Shown: positions 49,747-60,713, counted from the first letter of the stretch. The stretch is DNA of 64,000 bases from Deltaproteobacteria bacterium (GCA_022340905.1 JAJDNB010000084.1:1920-65919), one strand, 5' to 3'. The notes: generated by a model from the letters alone, not told the origin. Translations and numbers: made by a program.

Positions 49747-50703
49747 ATGAAAACTCAACTGAAAGAAGGTTTATTTGCGGGCTTCCGTAAAGGTTGGAGT
49801 GGTTTTGTTTGGATGATTAAGATTCTGGTTCCCATATCTTTTTTAACCGCTCTGCTGGCCTGGAGCGGTTGGATAGAGAAGGGGCAGTTCATCATCCAAC
49901 CTCTCATGGATTGGCTTAGTCTTCCGGCTGTAGCTGCCCTGCCTCTGCTCATTGGCATGCTTACGGGAATCTACGGCGGAATCGCCGCGATGGCAGTCCT
50001 TCCTTTAACCACAGAGCAGATGACCCTGATTGCCATTTTCCTCCTCATGGCCCACAACTTGATCCAGGAAGGGGTCATCCAGGGAAAATCAGGCATCAAT
50101 CCCGCCAAGGCGACGGTTTTTCGTCTAATCTGCGCCACATTGACGGTCATGGTTGTGGCCATTTTTTTGGATATTGATACGAGCGTTCAAACAGCCCCTG
50201 TCTCCTCGGAAGTGATGGGGCAGTCATTTTGGCCCATGGTATGGAGGTGGGCTTTGGCTAGTTCAAAACTTTGCATCAAGATTTTTTTTATCATAATGAC
50301 TATCTTGATAACTCTGGAAGTGATCAAGAAAATCGGCTGGATAGAACACATAGTGAGAGTGGGCAAACCCATACTAAAAACTTTGGGTCTGAGCGAAAAA
50401 GCTGGAATTCTTTGGATGACCGCTGCCCTTTTTGGTTTGGCCTACGGTGCGGCGGTAATTGTCGAGGAGGCAAACGAAGGACATCTGCACAAGGAAGAAC
50501 TGGAAGCATTACACCTTTCAATCGGCATCAATCATTCCTTGATTGAAGACCCAGCTCTGTTTTTGGCCTTGGGAGTGAGTGCTTTCTGGCTTTGGATTCC
50601 AAGGCTTATAACCGCCGTGATCGCAGTTCGTCTTTTCAGTTTTTACAACTTCCTGTTGAGAAAGAGGCGACCCGCTAAAGTTGAAATCCACCGCGACTGT
50701 TAA
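49747..50703 (+). CDS. Nucleoside-recognition/Gate-domain membrane protein
   Basis: Two hydrophobic halves with AHNLIQE and NHSLIED motifs. Confidence 0.75.
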   Translation: MKTQLKEGLFAGFRKGWSGFVWMIKILVPISFLTALLAWSGWIEKGQFIIQPLMDWLSLPAVAALPLLIGMLTGIYGGIAAMAVLPLTTEQMTLIAIFLLMAHNLIQEGVIQGKSGINPAKATVFRLICATLTVMVVAIFLDIDTSVQTAPVSSEVMGQSFWPMVWRWALASSKLCIKIFFIIMTILITLEVIKKIGWIEHIVRVGKPILKTLGLSEKAGILWMTAALFGLAYGAAVIVEEANEGHLHKEELEALHLSIGINHSLIEDPALFLALGVSAFWLWIPRLITAVIAVRLFSFYNFLLRKRRPAKVEIHRDC

Positions 50704-50902
50704 GAAAATCAACTGGCTGCGGGCTGTCTGCTGTCAGCTGCAAGTTGATAAATAGTGCTATTGCCAACAGGGACAAAGCCTTGGTATTGTGCTAGAATAA
50801 TATGGTTTACCAATAGAAAAGGGTCAGCGGTATTGGAAGATATACCGTCAAAGATAAGATCTGATCTCCATTGTTTCGAGGAGTGAGAAATAGGTATTAG
50901 AT

Positions 50903-51841
50903 ATGGCAGGGAAAGATTATTACAAGATCCTTGGCGTGAATAAAAATGCTGGTAAAGAGGAGATAAAAAAGTCCTATCGAAAGCTGGCGATGAAATATCA
51001 TCCTGATCACAACAAGGGTGACAAAGGTGCAGAGGACCGCTTTAAGGAAGTGAACGAGGCCTACGCTGTCCTGAGCGACGACGAAAAGCGCAAGCAATAT
51101 GACATGTTCGGCGCAGAGGGATTCCAGCAGCGATTTAGCCAGGAAGACATTTTTAGAAACTTCGATTTTGGTCAAGTATTCAGGGAGTTTGGCTTTGGCT
51201 CAGAAGATTTGTTCGGGCGCATTTTCGGCGGAATGGGTAGAGGCCGGCGACCTTTTGGCAGGGCTGGGGGTGGCTATTATTCCGGTGGTCCCTTTGGCCG
51301 TACTGCCCAGCAGCCCCAAAAGGGTGCTGATCTGGTCATGGACATGCAGGTGAGCTTGAAGGAGGCAGTTTTCGGTGTTTCCAAAATAGCAAGTTTCAAT
51401 CGAGGCAACCGCGTGGAGCGGGTTACAGTCAAAATTCCTCCTGGAATCTCCACCGGCAAGAAACTTCGTATCGCTGGTAAGGGCCAGGAAGGTCCATGGG
51501 GAGGTCCGCCAGGTGATTTATTAATCAAAGTACTTGTGGCTCCCCATCCTATCTACAAAAGGATTGGCGACAATCTTATAATTACCAGAGATATCAGTCT
51601 TACCCAGGCGGTCTTAGGTACTCAGATAGAGGTCCCAACCTTAGATGAGAAGATCCTCAGCCTCAAGGTGCCCCCAGGCACTCAAAGCCACACACAGATG
51701 AGGATAAAGGGGCACGGAGTACCTCATTTCAATAAAACAGGGAGGGGTGACCTTCACGTCAAGATCATCGTGCGGCTACCAAAATCCCTCACGCCAGAAC
51801 AAGAGGAGCTGTTCAAACAGCTCGCTGATCAAGGAATGTAA
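50903..51841 (+). CDS. DnaJ-class co-chaperone lacking the Zn finger (CbpA-like)
   Basis: DYYKILGV...YHPD J-domain, G/F region, C-terminal GDL motifs, no CxxCxGxG. Confidence 0.92.
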   Translation: MAGKDYYKILGVNKNAGKEEIKKSYRKLAMKYHPDHNKGDKGAEDRFKEVNEAYAVLSDDEKRKQYDMFGAEGFQQRFSQEDIFRNFDFGQVFREFGFGSEDLFGRIFGGMGRGRRPFGRAGGGYYSGGPFGRTAQQPQKGADLVMDMQVSLKEAVFGVSKIASFNRGNRVERVTVKIPPGISTGKKLRIAGKGQEGPWGGPPGDLLIKVLVAPHPIYKRIGDNLIITRDISLTQAVLGTQIEVPTLDEKILSLKVPPGTQSHTQMRIKGHGVPHFNKTGRGDLHVKIIVRLPKSLTPEQEELFKQLADQGM

Positions 51842-51964
51842 CCAGTGCTCATGGCGAGCCATTCTCAGATGTGGGATAATCTTTCATAATCATACGAAGT
51901 TGATGAATCACACATCAGGCTGCAAAACTCTGTTTCCTCCGAGCAGAGGCACGCCGATTTCTCT

Positions 51965-52639
51965 ATGTTTAACTTAGATCAACAAACGCTCCACACTGCG
52001 GCCGCAGACTTCCTCTATCTGCTGGACCGGAGTTACCCTCGTAAAGCAGGGCTTCAACTTGTTGGCAATCGATACAACCTCGATGCACTGCACCGGGAAG
52101 TCTTGCATCGAGGCGTTTTTGCTCGTAAGGAAGCAAGAGATAGGCGTCAGCGACTGGTGGACATAGGGCGACTGGTCGACTTCAAGCTTTTGGTGGATGG
52201 TCACAATGTTTTGATTACAGTCGAGAGTGGCCTCGCAGGTCGCCTGCTCATTGCTGCCAATGACGGGTTGATCCGAGATGTGGCGGGAGTTTCCCACCGT
52301 TATCGAATTTCAACCCTCACACATGAGGCTATAGAAGCCATTTTTCGAATCTTGCAGGAATATCCCCCAAAAGAAACTCTGTTTTTCCTGGACGCACCTA
52401 TTCGCCAAAGCGGTGAACTGGCGGCTGCCCTCCGTTCTGCCATGAATAAGTGTAGTTTGTCGGGGGGTGCACAAGCTCTCAAAGTACCAGAAATCCGGCT
52501 CAAAGGCGGAGAGGATGTTATTGCCAGCAGCGATTCTGCTGTGCTGGATGAGGTGCAAAAAGGGTTTGATCTTGCAGCCGCAGTCATCAAATCCCTTCCC
52601 CGCAGGATTAACCTCATTGATTTTACATCCCTGGACTGA
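51965..52639 (+). CDS. DUF434-like (PIN/NYN-related) protein
   Basis: YLLDRSYPRK...VGNRYNL, LLVDGHNVLIT, DGLIRD, ASSDSAVLD. Confidence 0.7.
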   Translation: MFNLDQQTLHTAAADFLYLLDRSYPRKAGLQLVGNRYNLDALHREVLHRGVFARKEARDRRQRLVDIGRLVDFKLLVDGHNVLITVESGLAGRLLIAANDGLIRDVAGVSHRYRISTLTHEAIEAIFRILQEYPPKETLFFLDAPIRQSGELAAALRSAMNKCSLSGGAQALKVPEIRLKGGEDVIASSDSAVLDEVQKGFDLAAAVIKSLPRRINLIDFTSLD

Positions 52640-52795
52640 GCGCACGGCGCAAAGCGTTCGGTGAAGGGTGAACGGAAAAGCGATGATCCCTTGCCGCCAC
52701 ACCTGTTTACCCTTTACCATTTACCCCTTGTTGGCTATACGTTATGCTCTATGCGGCGAGAAATAGCCTGTGCGTCGGAGAAAGCAAGCAATCCA

Positions 52796-53476
52796 ATGAT
52801 CAAACTCGATTCGGTTACCAAGACCTACACCCTGGGCCAGCAGCAGATAGTGGCAGTAAATGATGTTTCCTTGACCATTGAGCCGGGAGAATTTGTAGCG
52901 ATTATGGGCAAGAGTGGCTGTGGCAAGACCACCCTGCTCAGCTTAGTCGGTGGACTTGACCGTCCCGATAAAGGTCACATTTGGGTGGAGGGAAGGGATA
53001 TTACCCAATTGCCTGACGTTAAACTCACCCGTTATCGCCGAGACCAGGTAGGCATTGTTTTCCAGTTCTTCAACTTGATTCCCATTTTGACCGTTTCCGA
53101 GAATGTGGCTCTGCCCTATACCCTTCAGGGGAGACCAGAGAGGGAAGTTCAGACCCGGGTCAAAGAGTTGCTAGGTGACGTGGAACTCTGGGAGAGGCGT
53201 AATCACTATCCTGACGAAATTTCCGGCGGGGAGATGCAAAGAGTTGCCATAGCCAGGGCTCTGATCAATCGTCCACGGCTCGTACTGGCAGATGAACCCA
53301 CTGGCAATTTGGACTCTCGAACTGGACAGCAGGTTATGGAGGTGATGGCCGAACTCAGTGAGCGACATGGAACAACTTTTGTTTTGATGACTCATAGTCG
53401 TGAAGCCGCCTCCTACGCCAGCAGAAGAATACACATGAGTGACGGCTGCCTCAGCTCGGAAGAGCAATCGACATAG
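52796..53476 (+). CDS. ABC transporter ATPase (LolD/MacB type)
   Basis: [32 protein letters not shown]. Confidence 0.95.
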   Translation: MIKLDSVTKTYTLGQQQIVAVNDVSLTIEPGEFVAIMGKSGCGKTTLLSLVGGLDRPDKGHIWVEGRDITQLPDVKLTRYRRDQVGIVFQFFNLIPILTVSENVALPYTLQGRPEREVQTRVKELLGDVELWERRNHYPDEISGGEMQRVAIARALINRPRLVLADEPTGNLDSRTGQQVMEVMAELSERHGTTFVLMTHSREAASYASRRIHMSDGCLSSEEQST

Positions 53477-53497
53477 TCAAGCATCTTCTTTCTTATC

Positions 53498-53740
53498 TCT
53501 CACAGAGATCCCAGAGGGCTCAGAGCAAAATACCTGTGATTGAGCTGCTGAAAGTCAATAGTTAAAGAAGTGTTTAAAAGCTTCAGGGGGTGTTCCTGAG
53601 GGATAAAAGTAAGCTCGCTTATCTATATCCCTCAGGAACACCCTTTGATCCCGATGGAAATCCATCGGGATCGCCGCTGTTGCGGCTGCTTTCAAACAAA
53701 CTCGAAATCTTTCTCTGAGTTCTCTGTGAACTCTAGTGAG
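53498..53740. repeat. Nested palindromic insert (outer short-unit inverted arrays, inner 18-bp and 12-bp hairpins)
   Basis: GGGTGTTCCTGAGGGATA(53588-53605) / TATCCCTCAGGAACACCC(53626-53643); GATCCCGATGGA-AA-TCCATCGGGATC; outer cacagag..cagag / ctctg..ctctgtg arms. Confidence 0.8.
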
Positions 53741-53802
53741 TGGAACGAACGGGCGAGAGATTACTTCATGAGTGAATAAAGAAGAGCTCGCAGAGGGATG
53801 GC

Positions 53803-56364
53803 ATGATCAAATTGTGGCGCTGGTTTTGTCTCAGACATCTGAAAAGTTACAAAGGCCGTGCTCTCCTATGCCTCCTTGGGGTGGCCCTTGGGGTGGCAGT
53901 GTTTGTGGGGATAAAAACAGCGGCCTCAAGTGCTTTAGTGTCCTTCCAGGATACGGTAGCTGCGTTAACGGGTAAGACACAACTCCAAGTAGTGGGTCAG
54001 GGAAACGGTTTCCCTGAGGAAATCTTTGCCAGGGTGACTTCTCTGGAAGAGGTCCGTGCAGCAACGCCGGTTTTGGAATTTCAGGTTGTTGCCCCACCCC
54101 CTGTGGATGAACCCCTGCTTATGCTGGGGATAGATGTATTCAGTGACCAAGAATTTCGACAGTATAATTTTGTAGAATCCACGGACAAGGATGGAGCTAT
54201 CCTATCTTTTCTCACCGAACCTGGCGCCATTGCTCTCACCGAGAAGTTTGCAGAACGCCACGGGCTCAAGGTGAATGACGAATTGGAAATCCTCTCGGGT
54301 TCCCGAAGACTGACCTTTACTGTCCGGGCGCTCCTCAAACTCAAAGGGCCGGCTCGGGCTCTAGAGGGCAACTTGGCCCTGGTGGATATTGCTACTGCCC
54401 AGGAGGTTTTCGAACAGCTGGGGCGACTTCATCGCATAGATTTGATCCTGGCTGAAGATGTATCTCCTGTGGCGGTAATGGAAAAACTGCAAAGCCTCTT
54501 GCCCGCTGGGGTGACGGTGGAGCCGCCGCAAAAACGTCTGGGACGAATCAGAGATATGATAAAGGCCTACCGCTTGAACCTCCTTGCCCTGAGTCTCATT
54601 GCGTTATTCGTTGGTATTTTTCTGGTTTACAATGCTGTAGCCTTTGCAGTGAGCAAGAGACGTTATGAAATCGCCATGCTTCGGGTGCTCGGAACCCAGA
54701 GATGGCAAATAATTGGGCTTTTCCTGGGCGAAGCCCTGCTCATAGGATTACTTGGCGCTTTCATAGGAGTGGGTCTGGGTCTGGTAATGGCCAAGATTGC
54801 TCTTCAGGCCATGGCAGGCACCATAAGCGAGCTCTATCTCTTGGTGAGAGCCGAGACGCTCAGTCTTTCTCCCTTGGCAATGGTTCTGGGCGCAGGGGCA
54901 GCCTTGGGCGTAGCCGTGCTGGGTGGGCTCTTTCCGTCCCTTGAGGCAAGCCGTACTCTCCCAAGAGAAGCGCTCTATCAAACCGCCCTGGAGAGACGAA
55001 TGAAAATGAATCTTGCGAGGATCTCTCTAGCGGGAGTCGTCGTATTGGGAGCGGGTTATCTCTGTAGCCAACTGCAGCCGATTGACGGACTGCCTCTCTT
55101 CGGCTTTGTTGCAGCTTTTCTGATCCTGGCTGGTTTTTCCTTTCTCACACCGGCTAGCGTCCTTCTGGTGAACCGAGTTCTGGCGTCTCCACTCGCTGGT
55201 CTATTCAAAATTGAAGGCAAAATGGCCAGTCGCTATCTTGGCCGATCTCTAAATCGCTCGGCGGTTGCTATTGCTTCTTTGATGACTGCCCTTGCCATGC
55301 TCGTTAGCATCTCCATAATGATTCTCAGTTTCCGACAGACAGTCAAGGTCTGGACGGAGCAGATTATTTCCGCAGATCTTTTCATCTCGCCAGCGGGGAG
55401 GCTAACCGGCCAAAGAGGCAACTTACCTCTAGGGTTGGTTGATTCTCTGAAAAATCTTCCCGGCCTTGTCGCCATGGAGCGATTGACTGAGATTCCGATG
55501 CGCATCGATAATCTGCAGGTACTCTTGTTCGTTTCGGATCTTGGAGTCAAGGGGGAGTTGAGCAGGATTATGTTGAGAAAAGGCTCCTCCCAGGAAATTC
55601 TTCGTCGCTGCAGGGAGCAGGGACAGATTACAATCTCTGAGGTTTTGGCAAACCGATTGAGTGTCGCTGAGGGGGATCGCCTTCAGATTCCTACCCCCAG
55701 AGGGCTGCAGAGTTTTCTGATCGCGGGGGTCTTTTACGACTACCGCACAGAGGGTGGAATGGTAATGATGGACCGGTCCACATATGGGGAGTATTGGCCC
55801 GATGAACGCAGGTACACCTCCGTGGCAATATATCTTGAACCTCGCTCCAACCTGGCTGAGACACGCAATCTCGTTCGAAGCCGGCTCAAGAAAAATGAGC
55901 AGGTATTCATCACCAGCAACAAGGAACTGCGGCAGGAGATACTCCGCATTTTTGATCAGACCTTTTCCATTACCTACGCCCTGCAAGTAGTCGCAATTGT
56001 GGTGGCGATTTTCGGTATCGTAAACACCCTAGTACTCCTGGTCATGGAGCGGGAAAGGGATATCGGTGTCCTCAAGGCCGTGGGGGCGACAAGCCGGCAA
56101 GTGCAGAGAATGACCCTTCTGGAGGCCGGACTAATGGGTTTAATAAGCTTTGTCCTTGGAGCGGTAAACGGAATACTCCTGTCATTGCTTCTCATCTTTG
56201 TCATAAATAAACAATCCTTCGGCTGGACCATTCAGTTCAGTGTTCCAGTATCAATGTTTGGCAAGACCCTGATCTTGGTTCTGGTTTGTGCTCTAATTGC
56301 AGGCTTCTTTCCAGCTCGAACGGCAGCAGGGAAAAATGTCAGTGAGGTCATGAGACTAGAATGA
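53803..56364 (+). CDS. FtsX-like ABC permease (duplicated, AttF/G-like)
   Basis: LGVALGVAV, RRYEIAMLRVLG, ERERDIGVLKAVG, VINKQSFGWTI. Confidence 0.9.
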   Translation: MIKLWRWFCLRHLKSYKGRALLCLLGVALGVAVFVGIKTAASSALVSFQDTVAALTGKTQLQVVGQGNGFPEEIFARVTSLEEVRAATPVLEFQVVAPPPVDEPLLMLGIDVFSDQEFRQYNFVESTDKDGAILSFLTEPGAIALTEKFAERHGLKVNDELEILSGSRRLTFTVRALLKLKGPARALEGNLALVDIATAQEVFEQLGRLHRIDLILAEDVSPVAVMEKLQSLLPAGVTVEPPQKRLGRIRDMIKAYRLNLLALSLIALFVGIFLVYNAVAFAVSKRRYEIAMLRVLGTQRWQIIGLFLGEALLIGLLGAFIGVGLGLVMAKIALQAMAGTISELYLLVRAETLSLSPLAMVLGAGAALGVAVLGGLFPSLEASRTLPREALYQTALERRMKMNLARISLAGVVVLGAGYLCSQLQPIDGLPLFGFVAAFLILAGFSFLTPASVLLVNRVLASPLAGLFKIEGKMASRYLGRSLNRSAVAIASLMTALAMLVSISIMILSFRQTVKVWTEQIISADLFISPAGRLTGQRGNLPLGLVDSLKNLPGLVAMERLTEIPMRIDNLQVLLFVSDLGVKGELSRIMLRKGSSQEILRRCREQGQITISEVLANRLSVAEGDRLQIPTPRGLQSFLIAGVFYDYRTEGGMVMMDRSTYGEYWPDERRYTSVAIYLEPRSNLAETRNLVRSRLKKNEQVFITSNKELRQEILRIFDQTFSITYALQVVAIVVAIFGIVNTLVLLVMERERDIGVLKAVGATSRQVQRMTLLEAGLMGLISFVLGAVNGILLSLLLIFVINKQSFGWTIQFSVPVSMFGKTLILVLVCALIAGFFPARTAAGKNVSEVMRLE

Positions 56365-56419
56365 AGCAGCTAGCAGCCGGCAGCTTGCAGCGGGCAGAAG
56401 AAACTCTGTGATGTGAGAT

Positions 56420-57034
56420 ATGGGATGTGAGATGTGTGATTACGGATTGGATTTGATAGAGAAGAAGAGACTTCTGTTTGCGGTCTACAATGAGTATGAG
56501 CGGGTAGTACAACCTTTCAAAGAACAGTCGATTTGTGAAAGAGGTTGTGCCTCCTGTTGTATAGACGTTGGCAATGTGGGGGCAACGACACTTGAGGGAA
56601 TGATTATCCTGGAATATCTGCAAGGCTGGGATCATCGGGCAATTGAGGAGTTGAACCGCAGCCTGAGAGAGAATCGGAGCGAAAAGCTCAACAGTGCCCT
56701 AGTCCGCTGTCCTTTCTTGGATGAAGAGGCGAGTTGTCGCATCTATGAGGTGCGGCCTTTTAGTTGCAGAAGACTCTATTCGGTCAAGAAATGTGATGGC
56801 CAGGGGGCGGTGGTTCATAGACAGGCCTTTGTATTAGGGCAAAAGGCTGAGAAGGAGTTGCAAGAGTTGGATCCAGAGGGATGTTCGGGTCATTTGAGTT
56901 TCATTCTCCATCTGCTGGAGAGCGAAGCATTTCGCCGGGATTATGTGCAGGGAAGGTGGAGGCTGGAAGACTTCCGAGAAATTTTTGAGCGGTATAAACT
57001 ACTTGTCCACAGGCGTGAAGAGCGAGAAAGGTAA
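56420..57034 (+). CDS. YkgJ-family cysteine-cluster protein (true start may be TTG at 56447)
   Basis: CERGCASCC, CPFLD, CRIYEVRPFSCR. Confidence 0.85.
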   Translation: MGCEMCDYGLDLIEKKRLLFAVYNEYERVVQPFKEQSICERGCASCCIDVGNVGATTLEGMIILEYLQGWDHRAIEELNRSLRENRSEKLNSALVRCPFLDEEASCRIYEVRPFSCRRLYSVKKCDGQGAVVHRQAFVLGQKAEKELQELDPEGCSGHLSFILHLLESEAFRRDYVQGRWRLEDFREIFERYKLLVHRREERER

Positions 57035-58172
57035 AATCTTGCGGCAATGTTTGAAATGGAGTGGATGGCCCGTGGGTTGCCTAGTGGCAGTGATGATGTT
57101 AGCGAGTTTCATCACCGTTGTCCATGGGCGGGATGAAGGACAGCAGTTCCGCCGTGCCCTACCGGGATATGTTTACCGCTTTCCCGCCGACCATGCAGCC
57201 CACCCGGAGTTTCGCACTGAATGGTGGTACTACACAGGACACCTCAGCACGGCTAAGGGGCGCAACTTCGGTTTTCAACTTACTTTTTTTCGACATGCCG
57301 TCAGGCCTCCATCAATACAATCGAAGTCGAACTGGGCGCTCCACACCCTCTATTTCGCCCATTTCGCTGTAACAGATGAGAAAGAGAACAATTACCGCTT
57401 TCAGGAGAAGGTGAGCAGGGGAGCTCTGGGTATCGCCGGGGCTGATTCTGATATTTACCGAGTGTGGGTGGAGGACTGGGAGGTAAGTCTGCAAGGAAAC
57501 AAGCATAATCTCAAAGCGGGAAACAAAGACATGGGTGTCGATTTAACGCTGGTACCCAGCAAGTCCCCAGTTATTCATGGTGAAAACGGGGTGAGTCAGA
57601 AAGCAGTAGGTGAGGGATACGCTTCGCACTACTATTCGCTAACGCGGATGCAAGCCAGAGGCGTGGTCGACTGGGAAGGACAGTCCTACGAGGTACAGGG
57701 CTTGGCCTGGATGGACCACGAGTTCGGCTCCAATCAGTTGCGAGACTACCAGGTTGGTTGGGATTGGTTCAGTGTGCAATTGCAGAACCAGACCGAACTA
57801 ATGATCTATATTATCCGCCACAAAGACGGTAAACCTGATCCCACCTCGAGCGGGACCTTTGTGTATCCCGATGGTCGGACGGAACATCTACCTTTGGAGA
57901 CGTTTGGCGTAAGAGTATTGGGGTCTTGGAGAAGCAAAAAGACTGGTACCACTTATCCGTCGGGGTGGCTGATCCGAGTCCCGAGCAAGCAGCTTGAACT
58001 GAGGTTGATTCCCACGGTGAGAGATCAGGAACTAACCACACGGAAAAGCACTCTGGTAAACTACTGGGAAGGCGGCGTCCGGGTTGAGGGAAAACTCGAA
58101 GGTCAAGATGTTCATGGACGAGGCTACGTCGAACTCACCGGGTATGATGAGCAATTCCGACCCGACATCTGA
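57015..58172 (+). CDS. AttH/CrtC-like lipocalin-fold secreted protein (start uncertain)
   Basis: FPADHAAHPEFRTEWWY, ASHYYS, AWMDHEF, GWDWF, YWEG, GYVELTGY. Confidence 0.88.
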   Translation: MKSEKGKILRQCLKWSGWPVGCLVAVMMLASFITVVHGRDEGQQFRRALPGYVYRFPADHAAHPEFRTEWWYYTGHLSTAKGRNFGFQLTFFRHAVRPPSIQSKSNWALHTLYFAHFAVTDEKENNYRFQEKVSRGALGIAGADSDIYRVWVEDWEVSLQGNKHNLKAGNKDMGVDLTLVPSKSPVIHGENGVSQKAVGEGYASHYYSLTRMQARGVVDWEGQSYEVQGLAWMDHEFGSNQLRDYQVGWDWFSVQLQNQTELMIYIIRHKDGKPDPTSSGTFVYPDGRTEHLPLETFGVRVLGSWRSKKTGTTYPSGWLIRVPSKQLELRLIPTVRDQELTTRKSTLVNYWEGGVRVEGKLEGQDVHGRGYVELTGYDEQFRPDI

Positions 58173-58308
58173 GACGGAGAAACGGAGAGACGGAGACGGG
58201 GCGAATAAAACAACTCATCAGGCAGAAAAATCATCTCCCCATCTCCGCGTCCCCGTGTCGGGTTGTTTGCTGGTATTTAGTAATCTCGAGGGAAGAGGAG
58301 GTCGAACC

Positions 58309-58626
58309 ATGACCGACTATATTGTTGTTTACGTGACGGCCCCCGAGAACGAGGCTGTTACGCTAGCCAAAACCTTGGTTGATGAACGGTTGGTGGCGTG
58401 CGTCAACATCGTGCCGGGATTGAGATCGATCTACTGGTGGCAAGGGAAAGTGGAGGATGAAGCAGAGGTGCTGTGCATTATGAAAACGCGAACTACTCTG
58501 TTCGAGGCTCTGCGCGATCGCGTGCGGGAGCTGCACTCTTACGAGGTGGAGGAAATTATCGCCCTGCCGATTATGGCGGGCAACCCACCCTATCTGGACT
58601 GGATCAAAGAGAACACGCAACAATAA
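58309..58626 (+). CDS. cutA: Divalent cation tolerance protein
   Basis: LVDERLVACVN, SIYWWQG, LHSYEVEEIIALP, YLDWI; GAGGAGG RBS. Confidence 0.95.
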   Translation: MTDYIVVYVTAPENEAVTLAKTLVDERLVACVNIVPGLRSIYWWQGKVEDEAEVLCIMKTRTTLFEALRDRVRELHSYEVEEIIALPIMAGNPPYLDWIKENTQQ

Positions 58627-58631
58627 GAATA

Positions 58632-58738
58632 CCCTTCCCCTCCCCTGGCGGGAGGGGATAAAGGGGAGGGGGACCACCCCACCCTAACCCTCCCCCGTCC
58701 CCGCTAAAAGACAGTGGGATCTTCGACAAGGGGGAGGA
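58632..58738. repeat. C/G-run REP-like palindromic element between convergent genes
   Basis: cccctcccctggcgggagggg..aaggggagggg and ccccaccctaaccctcccc...gggggagg. Confidence 0.65.
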
Positions 58739-58763
58739 AATGTCAGGAGGTTCAGCGAGATTA

Positions 58764-59252
58764 CTAGCTAACTGCTTTTTCCTCCATCTCTGGCAATTCC
58801 AGCCTCATTATATAGAATGTTTCTTCGTCACCGGGAGTGTTACTGGGAAATACAATGATATTTGCTATTTTAAAACCAAAACTCTCGTACAGTTTTATTG
58901 CTGCTCTCTGAACAAGTTCAACGTCTAACTCAACAAGCCTGACCTTCCTTTCTACAAGTATATCCAGACACCGTCTGAGGAGCTTTTTGGCAAATCCCTT
59001 CCCCCGGTGATCGGGATGTACCGCAACTCTTATTATTACAGCTTTCTCAATATCATGGCATACACAGGCGATAAGATAGCCAGCGATTTTTTTCTCTATT
59101 TCGAGGACCAAGAATATGTCTTTGAGAGCAGACTGAAAAAAGTTGTGAATCCATGGAGCTGAAAAGGAATCTCGATCGATTTCCAGGACTCTATCAAAAT
59201 CCTCCTCAGTCGCCGATCTGATGTTTCCATCATGGTCCAGGTTTACACTCAT
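58764..59252 (-). CDS. rimI: GNAT N-acetyltransferase, RimI-like
   Basis: IDRDSFSAPW, VAVHPDHRGKG, AIKLYESFGF. Confidence 0.75.
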   Translation of the reverse strand: MSVNLDHDGNIRSATEEDFDRVLEIDRDSFSAPWIHNFFQSALKDIFLVLEIEKKIAGYLIACVCHDIEKAVIIRVAVHPDHRGKGFAKKLLRRCLDILVERKVRLVELDVELVQRAAIKLYESFGFKIANIIVFPSNTPGDEETFYIMRLELPEMEEKAVS

Positions 59253-59783
59253 GAGACCACCTGTGAATTCAATTCCCTGCATGGTTTCAGAATCTGGAGG
59301 CTCGAGCGACCGTGAGCAGAGCAAAGAAGGTGTCGAGTATCAAATCATATTACTGCTGAGAAGGTGAGGTTGAAGATGAAGTCGAATTGCTTCGAATAAT
59401 CTAGACATGCAACAATATCTCTGGAGTCCTGCAGTACCGGATGAGAAGGGCACTCCCATAAGGCCTTTGAGCTCATCGCCCTGTCTACTCGTGTGAAGCC
59501 ACCCTGTAATTATAGAGTCTGGCTTCCACGATCCGAGTGCAAACGCCCGAGTATAATGCAAGAAGATTTCAGAGGTCTTCTTCCGGATCAAGTTCCACAT
59601 GACACTTATCGCATTCCTTGGCGTTTATCATCCTCCTGGGAGGGATTTCTTCCCTACCCGATAGGTATTCTACCTCTTCCCAATAGCACTTATCACACAA
59701 TACCTTTCTTTTTAGCAAAAATGCATTTCCCATCATCTTTCTCCTCTTCGTTAGAAAATGGTATCGTTAACAAGCGCAATTAC

Positions 59784-60071
59784 TCACTGCTTGAATACGG
59801 GCATCTCATCCACCGTGGTGTACTCCTCGTAGGCTTCCGCTGCCCACTTGAATACGACCTCTTTCAAGGCTTTTTCAAGACCTGGTGGGCATCCTCGAGT
59901 ACTGCGGGCGACATATTGTATGGTTTCGAATCCGTCCAGGCTTGGCTCTCTGAATGCAATGATGAAAGATATCGGCAGGGCGCCCTTGTCAACGATTTCC
60001 ATAACATCTCCCCTGAAAACTCTAAGAAATGTTTCTAAAGCCTTTTCAAATGCTGCCAGGTCTTCATTCAT
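59784..60071 (-). CDS. Hypothetical protein
   Basis: GGAGG RBS before ATG at 60071; 95 aa; no family recognised. Confidence 0.55.
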   Translation of the reverse strand: MNEDLAAFEKALETFLRVFRGDVMEIVDKGALPISFIIAFREPSLDGFETIQYVARSTRGCPPGLEKALKEVVFKWAAEAYEEYTTVDEMPVFKQ

Positions 60072-60125
60072 TTTAGTAACCTCCTTGTGGGGGTTAGCAA
60101 GACCTTCCCTCCATATCACTGGATT

Positions 60126-60599
60126 TTAGCGAGATTTTTTTGCCCGCCTTCTCTTCCTTCCAGTGATAATGTTCCTGATCATGGTCAAAACTTCCCACTC
60201 CTCATAAGGTGCCAGAATGGAGGCGTAAGCACCAAGTTCCATGGCTTCTTTAATGAATTCGCGATTGGCTTGATCACACAAGAGGATAACGCTGCACTCG
60301 GGGCAGCCAACATTAATCCTTGAATATATCCTCGCTCCATAAGAGGTAACCATCTCGTAGTCCAGAAGCACTATCACGCTCCGTGGTCTTTTTGTTTGTC
60401 TGACCAGGTCTTCGAGATCGGTCGCTACAACCGCGTGATAATTATTTTTCTCACATATTTCTAAAATATGATTACGGACGTCCTCATTCGCAGCCAAGAT
60501 GAAAATATTAGGTTTTTTATCTTGAGCACTCAAGGTACCGAAGCTTTTTGAACTGCGACCCGGTCTTATGCTTACTTTCCACGGTCGACTGTTTGCCAA
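60126..60599 (-). CDS. Degenerate receiver-domain protein (start uncertain)
   Basis: REC-like pattern (IVLLDYE, VILLC, EAMELGAYASILAPY) lacking the acidic DD pair and the conserved Lys. Confidence 0.7.
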   Translation of the reverse strand: MANSRPWKVSIRPGRSSKSFGTLSAQDKKPNIFILAANEDVRNHILEICEKNNYHAVVATDLEDLVRQTKRPRSVIVLLDYEMVTSYGARIYSRINVGCPECSVILLCDQANREFIKEAMELGAYASILAPYEEWEVLTMIRNIITGRKRRRAKKSR

Positions 60600-60697
60600 C
60601 TAAAAGAGGAGCCTCAGGCCACACATCGCCACTTTCCACCAAAGAAATAACTAGGCGGCATTAGTCAGGATGAAACAGCCATTAGCTTGATTTAGAA

Positions 60698-60713
60698 ACA
60701 AATTCCTTGCCAA
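60698..60713 (-). promoter_or_regulatory. Candidate sigma-54 promoter
   Basis: Minus strand TTGGCAAGGAATTTGT (GG-N10-GT) upstream of the pseudo-receiver gene. Confidence 0.4.

Noticed and set aside
59485-59631. Minus-strand mini-ORF MINAKECDKCHVELDPEEDL-TGA-NLLALYSGVC..., a possible selenoprotein
   Set aside because: AGGAGG abuts the ATG with no spacing, there is no redox motif around the TGA (59569-59571), and no convincing SECIS hairpin was seen.
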